A stretch of DNA of 64,000 bases from Dehalococcoidia bacterium (GCA_965226745.1 CBDDDS010000002.1:92801-156800), one strand, 5' to 3'. Positions 29,689 through 37,820 are shown, numbered from the stretch's first letter. Translations and numbers: made by a program. Notes: generated by a model not told the origin, from the letters alone.

Positions 29689-29896
29689 GGCAGGGGCTGC
29701 GCCCCCTGCACCCCTGCTTGGAGAACTGTAGGGAAAGGCCCGCAGCCTGCCCGCCCTCGCAGCCTCGAAGGGGTTTCGTGAGGGAATCCCCTCACTCCAC
29801 CGGCGGGGCCGCAAGCCCCCTGTACCGCTGCTCTGGGGACTGTAGGGAGAGGTTCGCAGCTTGCCCCCATTCTCAGTCTCGAACGGTTTTGCGGGG
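29689..29896 (+). repeat. Two degenerate ~95-bp direct repeats (period ~113 bp) in a divergent intergenic region
   Basis: 29689-29783 and 29802-29896 align by eye at about 75% identity (…ACTGTAGGGAnAGGyyCGCAGCyTGCCC…CTCGAA.GG.TTT.G.G.GGG). Confidence 0.6.
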
Positions 29897-29902
29897 GCCG
29901 CC

Positions 29903-29931
29903 TCGACTGCCAGCATGGCCCCGCCTATAAT
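29903..29931 (+). promoter_or_regulatory. Candidate promoter TCGACT-17 nt-TATAAT for the DUF1802/AKR pair
   Basis: Perfect -10 at 29926-29931. AGGAG lies 6 nt before the TTG start at 29965. Confidence 0.45.
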
Positions 29932-29964
29932 GAGCGTCGCACCCCTGCGACTCAGGAGTTCTTC

Positions 29965-30573
29965 TTGCCAACATCCGCGCTTCGCCTTGCCCTGAAAGAA
30001 TGGGCGGTCACCGTCAAGGCCATGGATGAAGGACGGCAGATACTCCTGCTGCGAAAGGGAGGCATCCGGGAGGAAGCAAAGGAGTTTCGTCTGCTTCATC
30101 CTCGCTTTCTTCTCTACCCCAGCTACGAGCATCAACAGGAGTCGCTGCTGCAACCCGCGTTCCACAGCGCCCTTGCCGCCACGTTCCGGGAACGGCCGCA
30201 AGAGGGCTTCGCTCTCTTCACGCATTGGGGCGAGGTCACTGAATCGTTCGACATCATGGAGGAAGAGCGGGTGGCGGCGCTGACCCCGCTCCACATCTGG
30301 ACAGCGGAGTACGCGGCCAAACGACTCCACTGGCGGCCCCGCAAGCCTCTCATGGCCATGCTGGTGCGCCTGTACCGGCTTCCGGCGGCGCGCCTCGTTC
30401 CGGTGTTGCCCCGGTACGCCGGTTGCACGTCTTGGGTGGAACTGGAAGACGAGATACCCGTCGAAGGATCGGTTCCCGCCGTGTCAGAGAGCCGGTTCGC
30501 AGAGCAGTCAGAAGCGGCGCACCGGATTCTGAGGACATCAATGTCTCAAACTACCGTAGAGGTTGCCGGGTGA
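29965..30573 (+). CDS. DUF1802 family protein
   Basis: 202 aa, TTG start. ...ALKEWAVTVKAMDEGRQILLLRKGGIREEAKEF...FLLYPSYEHQ... matches my memory of the DUF1802 N-terminal signature. Confidence 0.7.
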   Translation: MPTSALRLALKEWAVTVKAMDEGRQILLLRKGGIREEAKEFRLLHPRFLLYPSYEHQQESLLQPAFHSALAATFRERPQEGFALFTHWGEVTESFDIMEEERVAALTPLHIWTAEYAAKRLHWRPRKPLMAMLVRLYRLPAARLVPVLPRYAGCTSWVELEDEIPVEGSVPAVSESRFAEQSEAAHRILRTSMSQTTVEVAG

Positions 30574-31580
30574 AGTACCGCAAGCTGGGACGCACTGACC
30601 TCGAACTGTCGGAGGTGGGTTTTGGGGTGTGGACGGTCAGCACGGGCTGGTGGGGCCGGATTGAGCCGTCCGACGCCGAGAGGCTGCTGCAACAGGCCCT
30701 CGACCTAGGCGTAACGTTCTTCGACACCGCCGACACCTATGGCCTGGGCGCCGGCGAGGAGATCCTGGCGAGGGCCTTCAAGAACCAACGCCACGAGATC
30801 ATCATCGGCGACAAGTTTGGTTACGACTGGTACGCCAATCGGGAGCGCATCGGCCACCAGGAGCGGCCGCAGAGGTGGGAGCCTGACTTCATCCGGTACG
30901 CCTGCGAGCAGTCTCTGCGCCGCCTTCAGACCGACTACATTGACCTCTATCAGCTCCACAACCCCCGTCTCGACACCATAGAGCGGGACGAGATCTTTTC
31001 GACCCTCGACGCGTTGGTGACGGAGGGGAAGATCAGGCATTACGGCATCGCCATTGGCCCGGACATCGGTTGGGAAGATGAGGGCATGGCCAGCATGCAG
31101 GAGCGCGGCGTCGAAAGCCTACAGATCATCTACAGCGCCTTGGAGCAGCAGCCGGCCCGCAACTTCTTCCCGGTCGCTGAGGAGACGCAGACGGGCCTTC
31201 TGTCTCGCGTGCCCCACGCCTCAGAGGTGCTGACCGACGATTTTGTGGCCAAGCCACCGTCGTTCGACGCCGACGATCACAGGGCCCATCGCCGTCAGCG
31301 GTGGCTGGACAACGCCATGAAGAAGCGGGAGCAGGTGGTGTTCATGGGCGCCGGTGCCGGCAGGACACTGGCACAGGCCGCCATTCAGTTCTGCCTCGCT
31401 GAGCCGACGATCGCCTCGGTGTTGCCGAACATTGTGCGGCCGGACCAGTTGAGCGAGTTTGCGGCCGCGCCGGAGAAGCCGCCACTGGAGCAGGACGAGT
31501 TGGCGCACCTGAAAGAGCGCTTCGACGAGAACTTCGGCTTGGAGCCCCTGCCGGAAGAAGCCCTCCGCTCCTCGCGCTAG
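30570..31580 (+). CDS. Aldo/keto reductase
   Basis: The GTG start at 30570 overlaps the DUF1802 stop (GTGA): VKYRKLGRTDLELSEVGFGVWTV...FFDTADTYGLGAGEEIL...YIDLYQLHNP... Confidence 0.88.
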   Translation: MKYRKLGRTDLELSEVGFGVWTVSTGWWGRIEPSDAERLLQQALDLGVTFFDTADTYGLGAGEEILARAFKNQRHEIIIGDKFGYDWYANRERIGHQERPQRWEPDFIRYACEQSLRRLQTDYIDLYQLHNPRLDTIERDEIFSTLDALVTEGKIRHYGIAIGPDIGWEDEGMASMQERGVESLQIIYSALEQQPARNFFPVAEETQTGLLSRVPHASEVLTDDFVAKPPSFDADDHRAHRRQRWLDNAMKKREQVVFMGAGAGRTLAQAAIQFCLAEPTIASVLPNIVRPDQLSEFAAAPEKPPLEQDELAHLKERFDENFGLEPLPEEALRSSR

Positions 31581-31858
31581 GAGTCGGCGAAGATCCCTTC
31601 GCCGACAAAGTGGTCCGCCGCCTCCTCGAAGGTGGTGTCGGGCGGGGGTATCACCACGTCAGACGGCACTAGCTCGTCCTCGGATAGCGGTTGCCCCCCT
31701 AAGCGCACGAGATCCTGCATCTGCTCGAACAGCGTGTGGAACGCGTCGCGGTCGCCCTGGTCAACGACCTCGACGAGCCGGTTGTCGAGGTCGTTCAGCC
31801 TGGTGAGGAGCTCGTCGTCTAACCTGAACTGGCCCGCCGTCACAATTCGTACGATCAT
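31577..31858 (-). CDS. PspA-associated protein (PspAA family)
   Basis: 93 aa. MIVRIVTAGQFRLDDELLTRLNDLDNRLVEVVDQGDRDAFHTLFEQMQDLVRLGGQPLSEDELVPSDVVIPPPDTTFEEA... Located immediately downstream of pspA with a 4-nt overlap. Confidence 0.75.
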   Translation of the reverse strand: MIVRIVTAGQFRLDDELLTRLNDLDNRLVEVVDQGDRDAFHTLFEQMQDLVRLGGQPLSEDELVPSDVVIPPPDTTFEEAADHFVGEGIFADS

Positions 31859-32586
31859 GAAGCACCGTCCCCCAATTGCTTGTTGTCGCCGCTCCCAAGC
31901 TGACGCCTCATGGTCTCCAGCTCCAGGTCGACGTTCTGGCCGGCCGTAAGCTCCGCAAGCTCCCTATCGAGGCTGTCACCTGACAGCGAAACGTCGTCCA
32001 AGACGCCCGAGTCGGCAAGCTGGTCAATGGCTGATGACCTGGAGCGCATCGCCTCGATCTTGTGCTCCGCACGCTCCACAGCGAGTCCGACGTCCGCCAT
32101 CTCCTCGGAGACGCCTGTGAGGGCCTCACCGATCTTCACGCTGGCCTCGGCGGCGGTGTATTGGGCCTTCAGACTCTCCCTGCGGGTGCGGAACGCTTCG
32201 ACCTTAGCCGACAGCCGCTGCTCAGAGAGGGTCAGGCGCTCCTGTTCCTGCTCGACGCCAGTAATCTGTTGCTCAAGCCCCTCCAACTCAATGAGGGCAG
32301 CCTGCTTCCGTTGCAAGGCGATCCGGGCCAGGTCCTCGCGCCCCAACTCCATTGCCTGCCGCGCCTGCTCCTCAAGCTTGGGAATCTTGGCGCTGACCTT
32401 CTCCGACTGCATCTCCAGGCGCCGGCGGGAGGAGGCAACTTCAACCACGCCCTGCTTCACCTTGCGGAGCAGTTCAACCTGCTTCTCGTAGGAGTAGTCG
32501 AGCGTCTGACGGGGGTCTTCGGCTCTGTCCAGGACGGAGCTCATCTTGGACTTGAGGATCATCGATGTCCGTGAGAGCAGACCCAT
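31855..32586 (-). CDS. pspA: PspA/IM30 (Vipp1) family protein
   Basis: 243 aa. MGLLSRTSMILKSKMSSVLDRAEDPRQTLDYSYEKQVELLRKVKQGV..., followed by a long coiled-coil sequence. Confidence 0.9.
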   Translation of the reverse strand: MGLLSRTSMILKSKMSSVLDRAEDPRQTLDYSYEKQVELLRKVKQGVVEVASSRRRLEMQSEKVSAKIPKLEEQARQAMELGREDLARIALQRKQAALIELEGLEQQITGVEQEQERLTLSEQRLSAKVEAFRTRRESLKAQYTAAEASVKIGEALTGVSEEMADVGLAVERAEHKIEAMRSRSSAIDQLADSGVLDDVSLSGDSLDRELAELTAGQNVDLELETMRRQLGSGDNKQLGDGAS

Positions 32587-32640
32587 GGCGCCTCCCGTTG
32601 GCGGGTCCTTCGGCGCGCGCCGCGCGCCTCGTGGATGCCG

Positions 32641-33171
32641 CTACTGTATCGTTTTGATGTACGCTATGAGGGCGCGAACGTCGTCCTGGGACATGATGCC
32701 GGCGTAGGCGGCGGGCATCATATTCGGTTGAAAGCCATCCACGAGATTCGCTCCCGGGTCCATGATGGACTCCTCGAGGTAGGCGTCGTCCACCAAGACG
32801 GTCGAGCCGTCCGATAGGGTCTCGGTACTGCCGAAGACCCCCTGCCAGGTGGGGCCAATACCGCTGCTGCCATCCAGGGAGTGACACGCTATGCAGCCAT
32901 TGGCCTGGGCTACGGCCTCTCCAACAGCCGCGAGATCTGGTCCGCCTTCACCGTTGGAAGATGGTTCGTGGCCATCACTGCCGGTCGGGGGAGGCGTGGG
33001 CGACGGCGTGATGTCGTCGATAGTAAGGCTGGTGTCAATGCCCGAAGGCGGGGGAGGATTGGCGCTGGCCTGCCAGCCGTAGCGGGCGGCCCTGCAGCCG
33101 CTCAGCGCAACGACGAGGATCAAGACGACGATGGCGACAGGCAGGGCCTTTCGGAGGAGGGTGGAGCTCAT
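32641..33171 (-). CDS. c-type cytochrome, lipoprotein
   Basis: Trimmed to ATG 33171: MSSTLLRKALPVAIVVLILVVALSGC (lipobox), then a Pro/Ser linker and the CIACH haem motif. Confidence 0.85.
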   Translation of the reverse strand: MSSTLLRKALPVAIVVLILVVALSGCRAARYGWQASANPPPPSGIDTSLTIDDITPSPTPPPTGSDGHEPSSNGEGGPDLAAVGEAVAQANGCIACHSLDGSSGIGPTWQGVFGSTETLSDGSTVLVDDAYLEESIMDPGANLVDGFQPNMMPAAYAGIMSQDDVRALIAYIKTIQ

Positions 33172-33287
33172 GCCGCGGGGCTCTCCGTGGGTGTGATTTT
33201 CGAAGCTGTCCACGGCCAGCCATAGTACCACAGATTGGGCCGAGGCTGCATCCGCGGCTCGGGGTTGGCGCTCCCCGACCCCCAGCC

Positions 33288-33384
33288 TATCCCTGCCCCC
33301 GACTACGAGGGAAGGTGTGTAGCGTGTCCATGCCCCCGTACTCGGGGGCATATTTTAGGAAGGGGGTCCCATCCCCTCCGGCCC
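33288..33384 (+). repeat. REP-like hairpin element, about 1.5 copies (partial copy 33288-33319, full copy 33328-33384)
   Basis: ATGCCCCCG-tact-CGGGGGCAT forms a perfect 9-bp stem. The flanks match the copies at 51165, 51506 and 58487. Confidence 0.65.
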
Positions 33385-34485
33385 CTAGCCGCCGTTCAGC
33401 CGGTAGAAGACCTCCGAGTTCGTGTGCCGGATGCCCGCCTTCGCCAGGTCGTCGATGCCCTCCTGCTCCAGCACTTCTTCCAATTCGTGTTTGCACATCT
33501 CGTTGTTCACTTCGTGCGGAAAGTCCGACGAGAAGAACAGGAATTTCGGCCCCGCTTCCCGCACCGCCGCCGGAATGAACGGCTCGTTCCCCTCACACCC
33601 CACGTAGATCCGGTCTTCCTCGATGTGGCGTTTGATGTAGTCGCTCACCCGCTCTCCTGCCCTCAACTGGATCAACTCCTCCCGCGGGTCCTGGTGGATG
33701 TGCGTCTCATACGACCGGTCGAACCGCTCCAGACACAGCATAAACCAAGAGATGCCCCCCTCCAGAAACCCCCACTTGACGTTGGGATACTTCTCCAGCA
33801 GCCCGTTGAACACCACCCCCGCAAACCCGATCATTTGCCCGAAGGGGTGCCCGAGGGCATGCACCGGGGCGTAGACGTTCATGTGGTCGAAGCCGAAGTT
33901 CTCGTGGGAGCCGCCGTGCACCGCCATGGCGCACTTCAGGCGATCGGCCTCTTCATAGACCGGCCAGTAGTCCTTGGCCCCGATGTGGTCCTTGAACCCG
34001 TTGGAGGGCAGCATGGCGCCCACCATGCCCAACTCCTCGACGCACCTGCGGAGCTCCTTGATGGCCTCTCCCGGCTCCTGCATGGGGATGAGCCCCACGC
34101 CCTTGAAGCGCGAGTCCCGCTTCAGGTAGGTGTCGTACAGCCAGTTGTTGTACGCCTGGGCTAGGGCAACGGCCCAGTCCCGGTTGACCACCTTGCCGTA
34201 GGCAAGCCCATGCGTGGGATAGAGCACGGCGGAGTCGATGCCAACGTCGTCGGCGAAGTCAACCCACCCATCGACGCCGACGGGGGCAAAGGACCCCTCC
34301 GGCACCTCTACGGGCATCGCCGAGTGGAAGTGGTCTATGGGCGGGTAAAGCTGGCCCCTGCCGCCTGGACCGAACATGCGGTCCCTGAATCTGGGCGGCA
34401 TGTACTGGACGATGGCTTCTATGTCTTCGTTCAGATGGCCGTCGCCATCAACAACGGTTTCCAGGTCCACTTCCTTGAGCACCAT
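33385..34485 (-). CDS. Amidohydrolase-2 family metal-dependent hydrolase/decarboxylase
   Basis: 366 aa. ...VVDGDGHLNEDIEAIVQYMP...; the overall pattern matches ACMSD-type amidohydrolases (PF04909-like, from memory). Confidence 0.75.
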   Translation of the reverse strand: MVLKEVDLETVVDGDGHLNEDIEAIVQYMPPRFRDRMFGPGGRGQLYPPIDHFHSAMPVEVPEGSFAPVGVDGWVDFADDVGIDSAVLYPTHGLAYGKVVNRDWAVALAQAYNNWLYDTYLKRDSRFKGVGLIPMQEPGEAIKELRRCVEELGMVGAMLPSNGFKDHIGAKDYWPVYEEADRLKCAMAVHGGSHENFGFDHMNVYAPVHALGHPFGQMIGFAGVVFNGLLEKYPNVKWGFLEGGISWFMLCLERFDRSYETHIHQDPREELIQLRAGERVSDYIKRHIEEDRIYVGCEGNEPFIPAAVREAGPKFLFFSSDFPHEVNNEMCKHELEEVLEQEGIDDLAKAGIRHTNSEVFYRLNGG

Positions 34486-34607
34486 AGCTTCACCTCCCAG
34501 GCGTAACTTCCTTCCAACGACGCGTCGATACTACCACGGCGAGCTGGCGCGGCGCAGCCCCAGCGCTCCCAGCGCCAGTAATCGGAGTCTCATCGCTCGT
34601 GCGTTCT

Positions 34608-36002
34608 TCATTGGGCTAGCTTGACCTTATTTTCGTAATACGGCTCCGCAACCTCCACTAGAGCGCGGAGGTTCCCGCCATCCCGGTTCATGATGTACAC
34701 CATGCCATTGCTACCATTCCCGTAGGTCCTTATCGCGATCTTGGAGCCGTCGGGCGACCACGCCGCATCCGTGATGCCGTCTGATGGGCCATCCCCAGCA
34801 GCGGGAGAGCCGTCCAATGGAACTCTATATCCGAAGCTGTTGAGCAGTATCTCGGAGCCGTCGGGAGACCATGAGAGGTTGTCCATCCAGGGGTCCACCG
34901 GGAAATACCATGGTTCCGGGAGATCATTGCCCACCAGGACGGGGTCCGAGCCGTCGGCGGCGAAGGTGTAGAGTGCTACGTCAACATCCCGGCGTGGTGG
35001 CCCGAAGGAGCCAGAATCGATTTCACCCTCACCCACAGGCGCGACTACGGCAATTCGCTGGTCGTCGGGAGACCACGCGGGCCCGCTGGCGGCATCTGAT
35101 ATCCTCGTCAACTCAGAGCCGTCAGACGCCATAGTGAAGACGACTGGAGGCCAAGGACGAGGATCGTCGCCATAGACAGCAGCAACGAACGCTATGCGTT
35201 CCCCGTTGGGAGACCATGCCAGACGATGAGGATAGGCTGCAACACCTCGGGGCAGCGCGACTTCCTCGGACTTGCCTGTCGCCACCGTATAGATGGTGAA
35301 CCGATCCCCCACCGACCGAAATACATCGTAATCGGGCTTTGTATCTGACATAAACGCGATCCTGGCTCCGTCGGGCGACCATACCGGAAAGTTATTGAAA
35401 TGAATGTTCTTGGTTAGCCTCTTCACATCCGTGCCGTCGATGTCCGATACTACTATCTCGCGATAGTAGCCCCACCCGTCACGCTCCACCTCTCGCTCCG
35501 CAATCTCTGTGTACGCGCATGTTGAGTATGCGATACGGGAGCTATCGGGGGAGATGTCGAAGTACATCATGCTGCTGCCGTCTCCCCAGACCGGGTCTCT
35601 ACTTGGCACATCCACAATCTGCCTTGCCCTAATGCCATTGAGCTCATATCCATACCGATCAAGCGCCTCCATATAATCCGGCACATTCACAACCTTCCGC
35701 AACAGGACACCGTCGGGGTCAACGCTATACAGAGCAACCGGCCCCCAAATCCCCGGTGCGAAGCCATTGAACAGGATTCGGGCACCATCCGGCGACCATC
35801 GAATGTAGTGTTCCCTCATCCAATCGGCGCGACTCGCGTCAAAAAAGATTCCTTCGGAGAGACGGCGCTCGCAAAGATTGACTACTTCGTCCCCCGGCCT
35901 TGGTCCATCCAGTTCTCCCTGTACGGTCTGTTCAGATACCTTCCCGCACCCTATAGCAAGGACGAAGAACGCCAGGAGAGCGATGGCTGCTAACCTTGCC
36001 AT
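34608..36002 (-). CDS. PD40 / TolB-like beta-propeller repeat lipoprotein
   Basis: 464 aa. Signal peptide plus lipobox (LAIGC). Seven or more WSPDG-type repeats (RWSPDGARILF, WSPDGARIAFMS, AWSPNGERIAFVA, AWSPDDQRIAVVA, SWSPDGSEILL, AWSPDGSKIAI). Confidence 0.85.
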   Translation of the reverse strand: MARLAAIALLAFFVLAIGCGKVSEQTVQGELDGPRPGDEVVNLCERRLSEGIFFDASRADWMREHYIRWSPDGARILFNGFAPGIWGPVALYSVDPDGVLLRKVVNVPDYMEALDRYGYELNGIRARQIVDVPSRDPVWGDGSSMMYFDISPDSSRIAYSTCAYTEIAEREVERDGWGYYREIVVSDIDGTDVKRLTKNIHFNNFPVWSPDGARIAFMSDTKPDYDVFRSVGDRFTIYTVATGKSEEVALPRGVAAYPHRLAWSPNGERIAFVAAVYGDDPRPWPPVVFTMASDGSELTRISDAASGPAWSPDDQRIAVVAPVGEGEIDSGSFGPPRRDVDVALYTFAADGSDPVLVGNDLPEPWYFPVDPWMDNLSWSPDGSEILLNSFGYRVPLDGSPAAGDGPSDGITDAAWSPDGSKIAIRTYGNGSNGMVYIMNRDGGNLRALVEVAEPYYENKVKLAQ

Positions 36003-36012
36003 TTGTCCGCCT

Positions 36013-36087
36013 GATGCATCTGTAGCCTAGGGATAGTTTAGATGAGCCCGGGGATTGCGGCTAGTCGGATAGGGAAGATGGCCGCGT
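36013..36087. repeat. ~75-nt element, copy A (paralogue of 37201-37276)
   Basis: By-eye alignment gives about 75% identity with copy B in the same orientation. It lies 10 nt upstream of the PD40 gene start (minus strand). Confidence 0.65.
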
Positions 36088-36228
36088 ATTAGCTGTCGCT
36101 GGACACCCTGACGTGGAGGGCCGCCGATTTGAGTGGATGTTCCTTCTTCTTCATGCTGTCCTGCCTTGCACTAGATAATGCCTCGTTCGCGTTGTTCAGT
36201 TCGTCGGTCCGTCCGGGTGCGACGCCCG

Positions 36229-36960
36229 TCAGAACGTCTCGGCGTCAGAGTCGAACCACTTCTCAATGAGGGCGTTCAAGGAGCCGTCTTCCTTCATGGC
36301 GTCGATGGCCCGGTTCAGCTTGTCTTTCAACGAGCCGTCGCTCTCCCGTACACCGATGCCGATACCGGAGTCGAGCGCTACTTGGGGGCCGACTATTGCT
36401 AGCCCCTCTGCGCTTTTCGCCATGCGCTCGTGGGCGAACTCGATATCGACTAGCGTCGCATCCGCCTCACCGCTCAGGACAGCCGAAAAGACATCCTCGG
36501 CCAATTCGTACTCCAGCAGCGTTGCGTCGGATTGGGACAGGTAGTCTGCTTGGATAGTGGCCGCCTGTGCGGCCACCCTACCGGCAACCACTTCGTCACC
36601 GGCTCCCGCCAGGGCGACGTAGACCGACGCGCTGGGCGGAATATACGGCTGCGTGAAGTCGATAACCTCGTCCCGTTCATCGGTGATGCTCATTCCGGCG
36701 AGGATGGTGTCGTAGTCGCCCGCAAGCAGGTTGGGTATGATGCTGTCCCATTCGTTGGTCACCCAGGAGCACTCGAGTTCGGCGCGCCGGCACAGTTCGT
36801 CGCCCAACTCCCGCTCGAACCCGTCGACCTCGCCGCTATCGTTGATGAAGTTGTAGGGAGGATAGGCTCCCTCTGTGCCCATTTGGACGGCGTCGGATCC
36901 TCCGGTGCACGACAGGCAGATGAAGATGAATATGGCGATCGCAAGAGTCAGTCTAATCAT
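36229..36960 (-). CDS. Amino-acid ABC transporter substrate-binding lipoprotein (family 3), orphan
   Basis: Trimmed to ATG 36960: MIRLTLAIAIFIFICLSCTGG...GAYPPYNFINDSGEVDGFERELGDELC...ILAGMSITDERDEVIDFTQPY... No permease or ATPase gene is adjacent. Confidence 0.85.
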   Translation of the reverse strand: MIRLTLAIAIFIFICLSCTGGSDAVQMGTEGAYPPYNFINDSGEVDGFERELGDELCRRAELECSWVTNEWDSIIPNLLAGDYDTILAGMSITDERDEVIDFTQPYIPPSASVYVALAGAGDEVVAGRVAAQAATIQADYLSQSDATLLEYELAEDVFSAVLSGEADATLVDIEFAHERMAKSAEGLAIVGPQVALDSGIGIGVRESDGSLKDKLNRAIDAMKEDGSLNALIEKWFDSDAETF

Positions 36961-37111
36961 GTTTCCTTTCCCCTTGATTGCTCCGTGAAACCGAGCGCTA
37001 CCAACGTATTCCCATCCAGACCGATCAGCACTCCCAGGGCAGACCCGAAGACCGGATATCCTGTTCGCCGGTCGCTGCTGGCGCTGTGGTGTAGACTCGG
37101 GGGCAGAATAC

Positions 37112-37196
37112 TGGTGGGGAAGCCGGGACTCGAACCCGGACGCCTTGCGGCACATGATCCTAAATCATGCTCGTCTGCCAATTCCGACACTTCCCC
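37112..37196 (-). tRNA. tRNA-Leu (anticodon UAG), CCA encoded
   Basis: Hand-folded: acceptor GGGGAAG/CTTCCCC (7 bp), D stem TCG/CGA, anticodon stem CATGA/TCATG with loop TT-TAG-GA, a long variable arm, T arm CCGGG-TTCGAGT-CCCGG, discriminator A plus CCA. Confidence 0.9.
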
Positions 37197-37200
37197 GCCT

Positions 37201-37276
37201 GAGGTATCTGTATCCTAAGGGTAGTCTAGATAAGTCCGTAGATTGCAGCATAGCCAGATAACGAAGATGGCCCCGT
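37201..37276. repeat. ~75-nt element, copy B (paralogue of 36013-36087)
   Basis: Starts 4 nt upstream of the mature 5' end of tRNA-Leu (minus strand). Confidence 0.65.
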
Positions 37277-37328
37277 TGATGGGTTGCTCACAGGTTCCTC
37301 AATGCTTGGCCCCGCGTGTGTCTACCTC

Positions 37329-37820
37329 TCACAGGTCGTAGAAGTAGGCCGACGCCTCGCGCATGCTGACCTCAGCCGACCTTATCAGGCCCTCGAACAT
37401 GTTCTTCTGATAGGCCACGTTCACCACGGCTCGCTTGGAGCCGTCGTTGGCCTTGCTCCCAAGGTTATCCCTTAGGCTGTGGTGGAGCTGCATGGCCCGG
37501 CGCGAGCCTTCAATGGCGTCCTGAGCGGCTGCGTCCAGCTTGCTCCAAGCGCGCCGGGCGCCACGCGAAGTGGGCTTCGGAATCTCTCTGAAGTCCAGCA
37601 CCACGGGCACCATCTCCGGGACCACCTCTTGGATGACGCGCACCTGTTCGGCGGGCGAGCCGAACTCGACGACATTCGCCAACTTCTGAGTGTAGGGCCG
37701 GAGCGCCTTGAAGAGCGGCGCCACCGCTTGGCGCCATTCTTCGTCCGAAATGCCTTTCTTCGTGGTGAACAATCCCATGGCCAGCCAACCTTCCCGCCGC
37801 TCTGCCGGATAGAGGGCCAC
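37329..37820 (-). CDS. Hypothetical protein (163 aa; alternative start ATG 37778)
   Basis: High GC3 and a balanced amino-acid composition (…GLFTTKKGISDEEWRQAVAPLFKALRPYTQKLANVVEF…NVAYQKNMFEGLIRSAEVSMREASAYFYDL). I recognise no family. Confidence 0.55.
   Translation of the reverse strand: MALYPAERREGWLAMGLFTTKKGISDEEWRQAVAPLFKALRPYTQKLANVVEFGSPAEQVRVIQEVVPEMVPVVLDFREIPKPTSRGARRAWSKLDAAAQDAIEGSRRAMQLHHSLRDNLGSKANDGSKRAVVNVAYQKNMFEGLIRSAEVSMREASAYFYDL

Noticed and set aside
33235-34164. 309-aa plus-strand ORF.
   Set aside because: It is antisense to a well-supported amidohydrolase-2 gene, and its composition is typical of a GC-rich shadow frame.
36089-36154. 21-codon minus-strand ORF (MKKKEHPLKSAALHVRVSSDS) between the binding-protein gene and the PD40 gene.
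   Set aside because: There is no RBS and I cannot assess conservation. It is too short to support from sequence alone.
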